NCBI RefSeq assembly: GCF_009834535.1
Contig: NC_045697.1
Span: forward strand, 9,550,001-9,614,000
Reading direction: 5' to 3'
Source of the DNA: Camelus ferus
Taxonomy: Eukaryota
Length of the DNA stretch: 64,000 bases
Each line of letters opens with the position of its first letter. Position 1 is the stretch's first letter. The notes under the pieces were generated by a model that was not told the DNA's origin, did not search any database, and was given only the letters and a program-made list of their open reading frames with translations. The translations under genes and the position numbers were made by a program. Below, piece after piece: positions 38,000 to 49,999 of the stretch.

Positions 38000-39335
38000 T
38001 CCTTCCCTTTCCTAAGCAGATTATCTCACCCTCTGTCTCGTGAAGACAATATAAATACAAAAACAAACCAACAATCAGAAACCTGGAAACCAAACCCCTT
38101 CATCTACAAACTCTTCTTCCTTTTTGTAACAGTGGAATCACTGTCTCTTCTCCCACCTGAAGTGTAATCCCGTTACTTTCAACTTTCTTAGGGGCTTATC
38201 TATTAATTATCCCTCCTCTTCTCTCATATAATTTCTGATCTCCTTTTCTATTCATTTCTGCCATCAAAAGGTAAACATCCTCAAATCTGCCCAACTGAAA
38301 CAAACAACAAAAAAGGCATCCATTGTTCCTTTTCCCCTTCCAGCTAACACTCTCTCAACCGTCCCCCATCTCTTCATATCCGAAGTCTAAAGAGAATTCT
38401 CTACCTCCAATGTTCCTGTTCATTACCCTGCCCTATCATTTCATACATGACAACATATAAATGAATTTGGAAATTAATAGACATTTTCTTCTTATTTTAC
38501 TGACCATTCAGCAATCCATGTACAGCAATCCATGTACAGCAATCCACACACCTATCTATGTACATCTATAGCTCCAGCCCAAGATCTCCTGAGAGATGCT
38601 CATCTCTGAAATGTTACCACTTCTTCCCTCCCAGTGAAATGGCTCCAGACTCTGTCACTACCATAACAGCCCCTTACAAGTCCACCTGCTTTCATGGTGC
38701 TCCCCTAGACTAATTGTCTGTAATGCAACCGGTTTTCAAAACAGATCATGTCTCTGTCACTTGCACCATCCAAGGACTTCCAATTACTCATTGGACAAAG
38801 TCTATGCTTCTTTTGGCATAAAAAGCCCTATGAGTTTTATCCCCTGCATGCCCCTGCAGCCCTTTTTAAGCATCCATAGTCCAGTCAAATAGACTTCTTT
38901 CAAGGCCTCAAAACACTAAGCTCTCACCAAACTCCAAACTTCCCATGTGTTACTATTTTTGCCCAAAACACTGTTTTCCATCACCTCTCTCTCATAAGCC
39001 CTTACTAAATCTTTAGGTCTAAGATGCATCACCTTTTCTAGGGGACGTTCCTGGAAGTCTAGGCTCCAGCTTCTAGGCTATTTTAGTATTTTAAGTGCTG
39101 TTTCTTATATGAGCATCATTTCTCATAGCACCAAAGCATATTATTCTTATTCTAAAATAATACTCATCGCTGAAGTACTCATCACTTCCCTGAAATTTCA
39201 TACTTAATCATTTGTTTCTGCAACTAGCCTGTAAGCTCACAGAAAAAAAAGCTTGTTTGCTGTGATAGCTCTGAAACCTATGAGAGGGATCCACAAATTG
39301 TAGATCAGAAAGAGCGTTTATGGAATGAATGAATG
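38000..39335 (+). mobile_element. Degraded L2 LINE
   Basis: Pyrimidine-rich L2 body (ctatagctccagcccaagatctc, aaaacagatcatgtctct, ctagcctgtaagctc) ending tggaatgaatgaat. Confidence 0.65.
38509..38546. repeat. 14-bp tandem repeat, 2.7 copies
   Basis: cagcaatccatgta cagcaatccatgta cagcaatcca. Confidence 0.95.
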
Positions 39336-39947
39336 ATGGGCACTCAATAATTAATTAAGACACAATGATTTTAGGTGGCTAATAAAAATGAGTGGCAATC
39401 AGAGACTCTTGACTAGGACAGTAACAATTTTACTTTTTATATATATTTTATATTTAGTATTGAACATGGATTATACTCTCTTGTATCTTTGCTAGATAGT
39501 AGCTATTACTGAATTTTAATAATCTCCATTTCCATCATGGAGTCTACAAAACGCTTTAAAAAAACACATACATGCACATACAAAGATATTGCTATATTTC
39601 TCTTTCCTTCAAAAGGGCCCATCACAATCTTTCTACTTCACCTTAGCACTCTCATTCCCAGAACTCCTCAGTTTTGAACAAACTGCTTAGTTTCTGAATC
39701 ATTCCATTTTCTTTTTTCTATCAGCAACTTCACATCTTTCCATCAGCTGTTCTCTTTCCAAAAGACCCTCCATCTATGTAATTTTATCAGATTTCCTCCT
39801 TTAAGGTTCCAGAATTAACTCAACTAAAACTTCCCCATTTCTCTATAGAGCAACTAGAAATGGAAGGCCATTTTTTTCTTGTCTTATACCTCCCAATCTA
39901 GCGGAGTGCTCAGGACAGATGAGAATCTTAGGGAAAAAGAAAGAAAC

Positions 39948-39948
39948 A

Positions 39949-40035
<87 letters not shown>
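39948..40035. repeat. (AAAG)22 microsatellite
   Basis: 88 bp of perfect AAAG with degenerate flanks. Confidence 0.98.
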
Positions 40036-40036
<1 letters not shown>

Positions 40037-40554
40037 AAAGAAGAAAGTTCATAAAGGAACCCTTGACAAGGAATCAGACGGAAGTATCTCCGTCCTCCTG
40101 ACTCCTTATCTTCCTCCATTACCTCCGCCTCCCTTCCCCCCTCCCTCCTCCCTCCTTCCCCCTCCCGCCCTTACCCCTTCACTCCCGGAGACCCTGAATA
40201 AAGTAAATAAAATGTAAGACTGAGTGGATGAGTAGATGCATGGAAAGATGGATGGATCTGTCCCATTGAAAACTCTGAATTGTGGTGGGGACAAGGGAAA
40301 ACAGGCCTAACCTCACCTCATCGGCTAGAAAATTAAATCTGAAAGATGTTATTACATGTGCAAGTGATCCAGCAACAAGGGTCACAATGGGAGGAAGAAT
40401 TCATTTTCCTGAGTTCACTGAAGGAATCTGCGATCCAGGCTGAGATGTGCACCTTTTGCCTGACAACATCAAGAGTAGACACCACTGAGTAAACATAGAC
40501 TTCTCTCCCATCAAATCCCACACAACCTTGTACTTCTCCAAAACACAGTGCCCT

Positions 40555-40675
40555 GGAAACTCTCTAATGAGAGCTGTCCATGACTGAACATTTAGTTCTC
40601 ATAAATCCCTTCTCTACTGCAACAGAATTTGGACTTGACAACCTTTAAGATTATTTCAAATTGAAGATTGTGTCA
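40555..40675 (+). mobile_element. CR1/L3 or MIR3-type 3' end fragment
   Basis: aactctctaatgagagctgtcca...ttggacttgacaacctttaagattatttcaaattgaagatt. Confidence 0.5.
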
Positions 40676-40713
40676 TTCATTACAGTCCCTGAAAAGGACA
40701 ATGGAAGAAATGA

Positions 40714-41090
40714 GTATCAATCAGGGTCCAATTAGGAAAACAGACGCCATACTAGGTATTTCAATAGAAAAAAATATATATATAAATGCGTGCTGGAGGT
40801 GAAAAAGCAAACAGGTAGCAGCTGTCATTGTCAGGGCTGGGGACAGTGCCTGTTGCTGGTGGGGCAGTTGAGATCCATTTCTGGGGCCACATGGAAAGGA
40901 ATGACGAGCAACTACATAGGGCTTGCTTCTGCCCTGTTCTGCCTTCAAGTCTGGTTCCAACACCCTTTAATAGTGGATCCTAACAGCTAGCAAAGCAGAA
41001 ACATAGGTTGAGGCTCCCAGCCCCAGTACTAAAAGGAAGAGCATAGAAGAATGGATTCGGTGTTGAGATGTTGAGAGGTCATTGTTTAAA
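40714..41090 (-). mobile_element. Old MLT1 (M/N-like) LTR
   Basis: gtatcaatcagggtccaattaggaaaacagacgccatactaggtatttcaatag. Confidence 0.55.
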
Positions 41091-42109
41091 TTAAGGTAAA
41101 TACAGAAATCCTGCTTCCAAAAACCTTAGATGCTTGCATCTTGGATAGGGGAGACGTAAAAATTCCTTAATAACACTGAGATTCTGCAGAAGAGTAGCTG
41201 AGTAAGCAAAATGCATTATGAATCTTCATTTTCTCTGCTTGAATATGAATTATTCTATTTTTTACATAAGGATGTAGAGGGTGGGGGAAATGAGGAGAAA
41301 TCAATTTGGACAAAATGATTTTGGGGGGGTGGTTGTGTCAAAGCTGGATGAAAAATTATGTTCTGTTGATAAAATGAACAATGAAAGTATGTGATGGAAA
41401 ACTTTGTGAAACCAGAACCAAATATAGAATCTGATCAGAATTTTTTTTTACAGGACTGAAGCAAAACAAAACAAAGTATGCATTTGGACCATCTGCCATT
41501 GGTCCTTAGAAGATAGTGTGGAATTTACCCAAACTTAATTTGTTGACAAAATGACATGCTAGGCAAAACAAATTTAATTTCCCCCCCCAAATCAAGTAAG
41601 GGTTTGCCACAAAGGACTTGTCCCATGAATTATATAACTATTTTCCCTTATTTTAACTACTCACAAGGGTCCTTCTGAGAGTGAACACTCTATCGTGGAG
41701 TCTTGTAACTCTTTAAATAGGAGGTGCTTAAAATGTTTACTGTTTTCTTGGAACCCCAATGACTCTGCTAACACAGACTCAGATATGAATAACAGCAGCT
41801 GAATCTATAAATGGGAAGTCTACATTAAGTGTCCAGATAAGACCAGTGTTTCCCCTCAAGCAACAGTATTCTCCTAACCTAAGAAATAATACTAATAAGA
41901 TAGTCTGTAGTGCCACAGCAAGTTTTTCCATGCTTGGAAATCGTATGAACATGGTGTGATCATAATTTTTAAAAGATTTGCTTTGGAAAAGAAAAGAAAA
42001 TGAGGTGATAATTGCTTTATAAAATGTCAGTGCCATGAATTTTTCCAAGGTCAAGATTTTCCCAATTGTTTTTTTTCTGAAATTTATCTCAGTCCTGTAT
42101 CTTAATTCC

Positions 42110-42335
42110 CATTTGCAGAGCGTTTTTCAGTTCATGATGCACTCTTACTGTATGATTTCATCAATTGCAGATCACAACAATATACGAAGAAGAAGTTACT
42201 CTTATATCTCTCTTATGGGTGAGGAAACCAAGGCCCAGAGATTAAGCAATTTCTTGACCAGGATCACACAGCTAGCAAGAGGCAGAGCTGGGATTGGAGT
42301 CTAGTTTGGCCTAGTGCCAAAACTGATGCCTTTTC
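42110..42335 (-). mobile_element. MIR
   Basis: atgggtgaggaaaccaaggcccagagattaagcaatttcttgaccaggatcacacagctagcaagaggcagagctgggatt. Confidence 0.85.
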
Positions 42336-42974
42336 TAGAAATCTTTGTTGTCACCAGTCCCTGATCTCCATCTTTTTGCTAATCTCAGGAAACCTTGGAG
42401 AATTTTCCATGCATAAAAAGGGCTTCTAGTTTCGCCCATTGTAAACTTGGAGGACAGAGGCTAGTTCCTGTTACTCTTTACGTCCACAGAGCTAGTAAAG
42501 GACTGGAAACAGACTGTCCATCCATTAGACTACCTCTGACTGAGGGATAGAGTTCTCTATCTAACCTACACTCATTATGTCCTGCTGGAGGATGAAGACC
42601 TATAGTCCAGTCACTGGGCCCCAGTAGGGAAGGCAAAAAGGGAAAGGGGAGTGGAGAGGTTTTGAGGGTAAGATTGGAGGCAGAGTCCCAAGTCCCAGAG
42701 GTGCACTCATGACATACAATGCCCATGAAACCCACTCAGGTTTTGATCGACTTCAGGGAGGAGTTTGTGGGACAAGGATGAGAAGAGCAGGCCTCGAATA
42801 AGAGTCACCGGGAACATAGCTGGTACACAATTTTCTGAGATATCAAAATCCACAGAGCTAACTAGAGGCAGAGGAAGCACGGGTCCTTAAAAATAACCTG
42901 TTCTACTCTCAGACTGTCAAATTTTACATCTTTGAAGATAGAGACTTAGGGGAAATTCATCAGTCTTGAAAACA

Positions 42975-43140
42975 ATACTAACTAGCATTTGTTGAGTTAA
43001 TCGTCTGAGTCAGACACTCAGCTAAACATTCTACCTGTGTTGCCTCATTTAATCCTCACAACTATTCTACATTCTCCCTTTTACAGTGAGGAGGGTGAAG
43101 CTCAGAGAGGTAAGTAATTTGCCCAGAGTCACAGAGAAAC
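42975..43140 (-). mobile_element. MIR
   Basis: ctagcatttgttgag...cctcatttaatcctcacaac...tttacagtgag...gctcagagaggtaagtaatttgcccagagtcacag. Confidence 0.85.
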
Positions 43141-43507
43141 AACTTTCTAAGCATCAACTTTCCCTTCTATATAACAAAGATTATAACAGCTCCCCGCTGG
43201 GCTTCATGTCAAGATGAAAAGAGAAAATGTATGTATTGGAACGGAGTCCTGCATACAACAAATAACAGGTCTTCACTCTGTTATTTAAAGCAGAAAAATA
43301 GATATGGTTTGAATGCAGGTGGTTAAAATTCCAGTTTTTCCAGCCAACTATAAAGATTCAAATACTTGCTTTGACATCTTCATCTGTGCATATTATCTTG
43401 GCTCTGTAAATTGCCCCTGCTTCCTTGTCTCTAAGTGCTAAAAAAAAAAAAAACACAGTAATGGGATCTGACTCGTAGGGCTGTTGTGAGAATTAAATTT
43501 GGCTATG

Positions 43508-44076
43508 TATTTCAGTAGGCATAATCCCACCATGGCACCCATGATCTCTGTCCCCTGGTGTTACCTGTGCGATCTCCTCCCCTGAATGTGAATGTGTTGC
43601 ATGGCTTGCTTCTAACCAATAGAATATGTCAAAGATGTTAGGCTGTCACACCCATGATTAAGTTCCATTATATAAGACTTGGTATTAGCAGAAGAGAGGA
43701 AGAGATTTCCCTGTGGGCCTCATGGAAACAAATAGCCAAGTTGTGAACGGCCTCTGGAGGGGGCCACATGTCAGGAAACCATGGGCAGCTTCCAGGAGCA
43801 GAGCACAGCCTCCAGCTGACCATCAGTAGGAAGTCAGGGTCTTCAGTCATAAAGCTGCAGGGAAATAACCCCACTGAGCTTGAAAGCAGATTATTCCATA
43901 GTTGAGCCTCCAGTTGAGAGTGCAGCCTTATTGGCACCTTGGTTGTAGACTTGTAAGTCCCTAAACAGAGCACCCAGCTCAGAACCCTGACCCACAGAAA
44001 CTAACTGGTAATAAATACGTGTTGTTTTGAGCTGTTAACTGTGTTAATTTCATATTCAGCCAAAGAAACCTAAAGT
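43508..44076 (+). mobile_element. MaLR solo LTR, MLT1E-like, inserted in a MIR
   Basis: atggcacccatgatctctgtcccctggtg...cttgcttctaaccaatagaatatg...gggccacatg...cctccagctgac...gagcctccagttgagagtgcagcc...cctgacccacagaaact...ataaatacgtgttgttttgagc. Confidence 0.85.
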
Positions 44077-45904
44077 TTGCATGTAAAGCATGGCACAGAG
44101 ACTTGCATGTATTAAGCCTTCAAAATATTAGCTGTATTTTCTACATATATCAATCAATAAACAGATGTTTATAAATATTTTTACTTATATATAATGTATC
44201 TCTACAAATGGCTTCCTGAGTTATTGGTCCATGCCTTCTCTATACTTAAAAGGTCTTCTTAGAATTTTCATGGCTAACTTCTCCTGGGTAAGGCCTGGAA
44301 TTACAGAATTCCACTAGAGGCCTCACTCATCTGTCTTGTAACAAGGTCTGAGAGAGGCTGGGAGTGCCTAAGATTCAACTTTATCTAAAATATTAAGGGC
44401 CTCCGAACAAAGAGGGACTCTGTGGGTGGGAACAGACTGAACATAATAAACCATGCTGTTTCTTCTTAGGTTTTCCTCACGTTATTAAATTAAATGTCAA
44501 TTTTGGGCAGATTGAATAACAGTAGCAAACATTCAGTTTAACAGCCGTGATACTGTATGCACACGCTTTTAAGAGTCTCTCTAAGAGCCGGTTGGAATTC
44601 AGGCTGAGACAAATTCATAAACATGTATTTTATAACCTGCTTAGTAGGTTATTAAAGAATGAGGCTGGATTTATTTAGCCATTGTTCAATGAGTGAAAAT
44701 AGAATACTTTCAGAATGAAGACTTCTATAAGGCTGTTGATGTTTGGGAGGCTTCTCCCTCAGACCCCAGGCAACCTTAGAGAAGCTGACGACATGTTGGT
44801 GAACACACTGACGGAAGCACCAAATGACACGCCAAAAGGAAGTCCCTGTCTTGCTATGCACAGAGTTCTCCTTGGCTTCAACACTGAATGAGGGGTCCAT
44901 TCACACAGACTTTTCACACCCATTCTTGCACCTTTTCATTACCTCAAGCCTGAAAGAAGAAGAGAACTTCTTAAAAATTAACTCACCCTATCTTTGAACA
45001 GACAAGTTGTTGAGCAACCATGATAAGCCAGGAAAAATAAGCACAGAGAAGCGTAAAGAAGCTTAGTGCCTCGACAAATGTCACACACCTGGAAAGCAGA
45101 GGGAGTGGGGCTCAAACTTCGGCTCAGCTTCTTGATCTGCTCCTGACACGTCCTCTGACCGCAAAGGAATTTACTGGTTTCTGTGATAACGATGGAGCTG
45201 CAGCTTCAAGGGGAGCAAGATTTGGTGAGAATTCCCTCCAAAAGAGGAATGGTGACTTCTTGTTCTGAAGGGCTTTGCCTGGGGCTGTGAGCCCCACCCG
45301 GGATGTACAGTGGTATGCTCCAACCCCAGTCCTCAACACCGACGCTCTAACAGAGAGGCACCTCACCATTTCCCGTCCAGTGATCTTCAGACCGGCCAGT
45401 CACTCGTGTTGGGACTTTTGTCTACAATTGCATCACTTTATCATGGACCCTTTCTCTGAAGTTTGCTCTCCAAATATATTTTCTTAGAAGGCTAATGGGA
45501 CAGAAAAATCACAACAAAAATCCCACATCACCTATTTCATATTTCATATTCTGTTCTCCATTCCAGCTACACTGGGCATTCATTCCTTTATTTGGCAACT
45601 GTGGACAAAGCACCTCCTATTAGGGGGGGCAGTCAGGAAAAAATGGATTTCCACTCAGCAAGAATAACTCTCAATCACTTTCCCTTGTGCTGTATGCATC
45701 TCCCAGCTCTCACCCTCAGTCTTAGCTATAAATGGCTTCTAACTTCTGTTGTAGTACCTTAGCAAAAGCATTCCGTTATTTCCAGATATTGTACAGAGGT
45801 TTACACACCCGGCTACACTAACCAACTAAAGAGGTATGGAGAAGAATAACTAAAAAAGGAGGGACTCTTGGACCCATGCATGTAAATGTGGCCAATAGGA
45901 CCGG

Positions 45905-46137
45905 ATCCGCACCAGAGGTCATGAATTTGAAATCGGGCTCCACCGCTCACTGGTGTGCATGATCCCAGGCAAGCTGCTTCACTCTCGTCTACCTAACCTT
46001 GTTCTCAGAGGAGAATAATAATAGTAATAGTAATCATCTCATAGGGCTATTGAGAGAGTAACAATAGCTAACATAAGAGCTTAGAATAGTAACTGACACT
46101 TGGAAAGCACTCAGTACGTGTTAGCTATTGTTATTAT
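45905..46137 (+). mobile_element. MIR
   Basis: tttgaaatcgggctccaccgctcact...ggcaagctgcttcac...atctcatagggctattgagag...gcactcagtacgtgttagctattgttatta. Confidence 0.85.
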
Positions 46138-46499
46138 AAAGAATATTAAATATTTCCATCCAAACCCTCGATCACCTTGCATAGCGTGTGACTTAACTTT
46201 TTCTAGCACATTTGAAAGAGCGATCTTATAAAATCTTCTGTATTTGGTACTTTTTGTAAAAGTAATTCCAAAGGCATTATCATAAACATGGATTACGATT
46301 TTCTTAGCAGGGTAATAAAAAAAAACAAATGCTATTTTTCAAATTAAAGTTTAAGGCATACATTTGTCTTCTTATTCTGACTCGTTCCTCTCCTCATCAT
46401 TATAGTTGGAATTTGTCGACTCTTTTGCATGTTCCAGGCCCTACGCTAATGTCTCTTTCCACTCTGATTTCTGGCTCTCGAGTCCCATTTCATGGCTTT

Positions 46500-46665
46500 G
46501 TGTTCTGGTTCTTCCATATCCTGTCTGTGTGAACCTGGAGATGTATTTACCTCTCTGTGCCTCAGTATTCACATCAGTCAAATGGGGAACCAAACTGGGT
46601 GTAGTATTATTGGACCAGCATAATACTTTGCACGTATAAGCTCCCATTAAGTTCTAGCTAGTATC
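46500..46665 (+). mobile_element. MIR
   Basis: ctgtgtgaacctggag...tttacctctctgtgcctcagtattcacatcagtcaaatgggga. Confidence 0.75.
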
Positions 46666-47104
46666 ATGACCCTGAAAGCCAGGACAATTTCTGACATCAT
46701 AGCTGTTCAGTTAAGACGTGTTGAATTTACGTTCTATGAGCAATGGGAGTAAGGACTCAGAACAAGGAAAGTGCAGGGTAGATGTAAAAAATGCAGAGCT
46801 CCATGAAGCTGGAGCATGAGTTGCTCTAGCCATGAAGGCCAAAACTCTCTTCCAGATGTCAAAGCGTCCTCCTCCCAGGTGTAACCCGAAAGCCAGGCCT
46901 CCCCAGTTCACTCGGCAACTAAGGCCAATAAGCCGCCTTAATTTGGAAAATTCCACTCACGTTCCTGGTCTCTGGCTCTCCACATGTCCCCAGGGGCTTT
47001 TATGCCAGCCTTGAATCCCAAATGTTGAAGAAGAAGAAAAGAGCGGATGGAAAAAAAAAAAGGTAGAGGAAAGGTCGGAAATTTAAACTGAATTGTTTGG
47101 TAAT

Positions 47105-47114
47105 GGAAAGTCCC
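47105..47114 (-). promoter_or_regulatory. Canonical NF-kB site
   Basis: GGAAAGTCCC is the reverse complement of GGGACTTTCC. Confidence 0.4.
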
Positions 47115-47429
47115 TTTCAAGTCTCTTTAATTCTTTATTTGGATTCCATTGAGTGTGTGCCAAGAGAGAAAAGGGAAAGGTTAAATCCTTCTATCAGATC
47201 TGGCAAAGAAGCTCAGTCAAGCAGCTTAAGAGACGGATTAGCTCGCCTGCAATGCAAAAGTGTTAATATACAGGATGCCAGCGGGCCACACAGACCCCCT
47301 CCCACCAAGCCTTGACATCCACTGGCCCTGGGAGGGGGCCTGAAGGAGGAAATTGGTCCACAAGGTTACAGATCCCCAAGGAAGTGCTAAATGGTCCCTC
47401 GGCACAGGGGCAATCGGGGCCTTAGGTAC

Positions 47430-47545
47430 GCTCACCCTTTGAGGATGTGATAAAGCTTCCTATTCTCCTCCCAGAAAATTGCTCATATATACAAGGTTTT
47501 GTCAGAAACCTTAGGGGATTCAAGGACCTCATGTATCCCACTCAC
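47430..47545 (-). mobile_element. hAT-Charlie MITE fragment (MER103C-like)
   Basis: accctttgaggatgtgataaagct...ctcccagaaaattgctcatatatacaagg...taggggattcaaggacc. Confidence 0.55.
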
Positions 47546-48399
47546 AAATTCCTGCCTTAAAACTTTGAGAATTTTTTGCTAAAAATCTTGTTTTTCACAT
47601 GATTCTTCCTGGATGGCTTTTCTGGAGTGAAAACACTTTTTTCAACCAAGATCAGAACTATAATTCGAAACGTGATTGTCGGTGACCCAACATGTCTGTA
47701 TTGAATTCAACATCAGAGGTGAGTTCAGTGGAAGAAAAAACAACATCAAAAACCCTGGTCTTTGGAAGAAATGCTGGGCTCTGCTGTTGGCTCCAGCAAT
47801 CCCAAGCTGGGTAATGTTGGGAAAGTCACTTAGCCTTTCAGAGTTTCACTGTCTCCATGACTGAAACAATGTTGTAATAGTCAGTCACCTGCCAACCTCA
47901 TCAGGTTTCCGTCAGGTCATACACTTCTTGTGTGGCAAAGTGATTTTCTAGTGATAAAAAGGACTATGTAAATATGAAAGGTCAGTGAGCAGCTAGCACA
48001 TGGCAGACACTGGCGATGTTGAGATGAGGGGGACAAGGGTCCTTCCTCCCCTGAAGGAACTTCATGGAGTGAGAAGATGGACCAAAACTTCAGCGACCAC
48101 AGCCCACTGAGACAATGTGCTGTGATAAAGGTTTTATGAGGCCTCACAGGGGGAAGAGTACATCACTTTGGAGAGGATCAGGAAAGGCTTTCTAAGGGAG
48201 AGAAATACCTGTGCTGAATTTCCAAAGGCAGTAAGGGTAGCCAGGTGGTAAAAGAGAGGAATGGGATATTTCAGTCAAAGGAATCATCAAGTTTAAAATC
48301 AAAGAGGAAAAGTGTGGTGGTAATTGCTAAGTATCTTATGTCGTGCAGGCATGAGAACTTACAGTGTTGCTGGGGGTCTTGACTTAAAACATCAATTCC

Positions 48400-48499
48400 T
48401 TTTTTAAAAAAATTTGCATATATGTATTTTTTTTTACTGATGTATAGTCAGTTTACAATGCTGTGTCAACTTCTGATGTACAGCATAATGCTTCAGTCA
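48400..48499 (-). mobile_element. Short young L1 3' tip
   Basis: T-run plus actgatgtatagtcagtttacaatgctgtgtcaacttctgatgtacagcataatgcttcagtca is the reverse complement of the L1 3' end seen near 49670-49745. Possible 6-bp TSD caattc (48393-48398 and 48500-48505). Confidence 0.8.
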
Positions 48500-49257
48500 C
48501 AATTCAGGGCCAGGGAAAGGAGGCTGAGATGGGAGAGATTTTTGAGCATTTCCCTTTTTGAGTCTCCTCACTGCCCTACAGAAAGGCAGAGGTGGGCTGC
48601 CGAGAACATCCCATGTCTCCCCAGACCACTGTCCCCATCTTCTGGGGCTCTCTTGAAGGGAGATGCGACAAATGGCCACACTTCCCCTCATGCTCCAGAT
48701 TCTTTTACCTTCTTTTGAGCCTTTTTCCCCAAATTTCAGATTAGAGGAAGTGCTTACTTCTTTGGGATCTTTGGGACCCTATCCCTAAATGGGGGGCCCG
48801 GGGTGGACATCAGGAGAGGTGGCCTAGCTGCCCATGCTAAGAAGACTGGGTGTTTTTTCTGCTTGAAGAATGCCCTCCAAAGTGTGCAGGAGTGCATGTG
48901 TATAAAGTCACGTGGGATCTGGAAAAGCCAGGGCAGCCAAGTACTTCTCCTATGAAGTGTCAAACTTGTGTGTGTTTTAAAGGAAATGCGTTTCTGATGT
49001 ACTTAAGTTTAACATACTTAAATACTTCAAGATAGTGTCCGTCATCCAAGTTCTTAGAACTTGGATTTTTAGTCAAGTTCTCACCTTAGAAATAGGAAGC
49101 TGCAGGTTTTTCCGAGAGTAGAAAGAGCGTGAACCACACAGGACAAACCTTCAGTGTTTCGCTCGATGCCAGGGAAACAGTCCCCTAAAATAAGCCCTCC
49201 TTTTAAATCTGCACCTGCCCTTTCTCTGTGGCTGTCCCACTCACCTTCCTCATTGAC

Positions 49258-49388
49258 AGGGTGACCTCACAGATTCGGTGGCCTAGGACAGCTCCAGCTC
49301 GTGCCCCCAGTCCTGGCATCATTATCTACGGTGCCCGCTCCCACACTCCAAATATCCAGGTTTGGATGATAAATGGCATGGTCACCTT
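49258..49388 (-). mobile_element. hAT-Blackjack MITE, MER94-like
   Basis: Terminal inverted repeats agggtgacc (49258-49266) and ggtcacctt (49380-49388); internal ccaggtttggatgataaat. Confidence 0.8.
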
Positions 49389-49436
49389 ATATAGGGCAGA
49401 GTTTTGACGCACCCATTCTCTCCATCCTTCCCCTTT

Positions 49437-49999
49437 GTTACAGTCCAGATGAAATATACTGCAAGCCACAAATGTAATTGGAAGTTTTCTAGTAACCACA
49501 TTCAAAAAAGTAAAAAGAAATTGGGAGTTAGAGATTTGCAGATACTAACTTCTATATATAAAATAGATAAACAACAAGTTCATACTGTAGAGCACAGGGA
49601 GCTATATTCAATATCTTGTAGTAACCTATAATGAAAAGGATTTGAAAACAAATATATGTATGTATATGTATGACTGAATTATTATGCTGTACACCAGAAA
49701 TTGACACTATAACATAACATTATAAACTGACTATACTTCAATTAAAAAAAATAACAGTAATAAAAAAGGTAAAAAGAACGAGGCAGCACCAGTTAAAATA
49801 ATCTATTATAACCTAAAATAACCAAAATATTACCATTTCATAATGTAATTAGTATACAAGTATGAATGAGATACTTCACCTTCCTCTACTCATACTAAGA
49901 CTTCAAAGCTTACTGATGGCACATCTCAAGTCGGGTCAGCCATATTTCGAGGGTATAACAGCCACATGTAACAACTGCCTGCTATACTGGACCACGCAG
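49437..49999 (-). mobile_element. hAT-Charlie MITE, MER33, split by an L1
   Basis: gtccagatgaaatatactgcaagccacaaatgtaat...ttttctagtaaccacatt [L1] ccaaaatattaccatttca...tactaagacttcaaa...gcacatctcaa...gccacatgt...tactggaccacgcag. Confidence 0.85.
49520..49761 (+). mobile_element. Young L1 3' UTR fragment with TSD
   Basis: ttgggagttagagatttgcagatactaact...agcacagggagctatattcaatatcttgtagtaacctataatga...aactgactatacttcaatt plus an A tail. TSD aaaaaag(g)taaaaagaa at 49504-49519 and 49762-49778. Confidence 0.9.

Noticed and set aside
38509..38546. CRISPR-like repeats
   Set aside because: Head-to-tail 14-mers with no spacers, in mammalian DNA.
39843..40217. KERK- and FFLS-repeat ORFs
   Set aside because: Translations of the (AAAG)n microsatellite.
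42975..43260. Oppositely oriented MIR pair as a hairpin or miRNA source
   Set aside because: The copies are too diverged and overlap too little to give a visible long stem.
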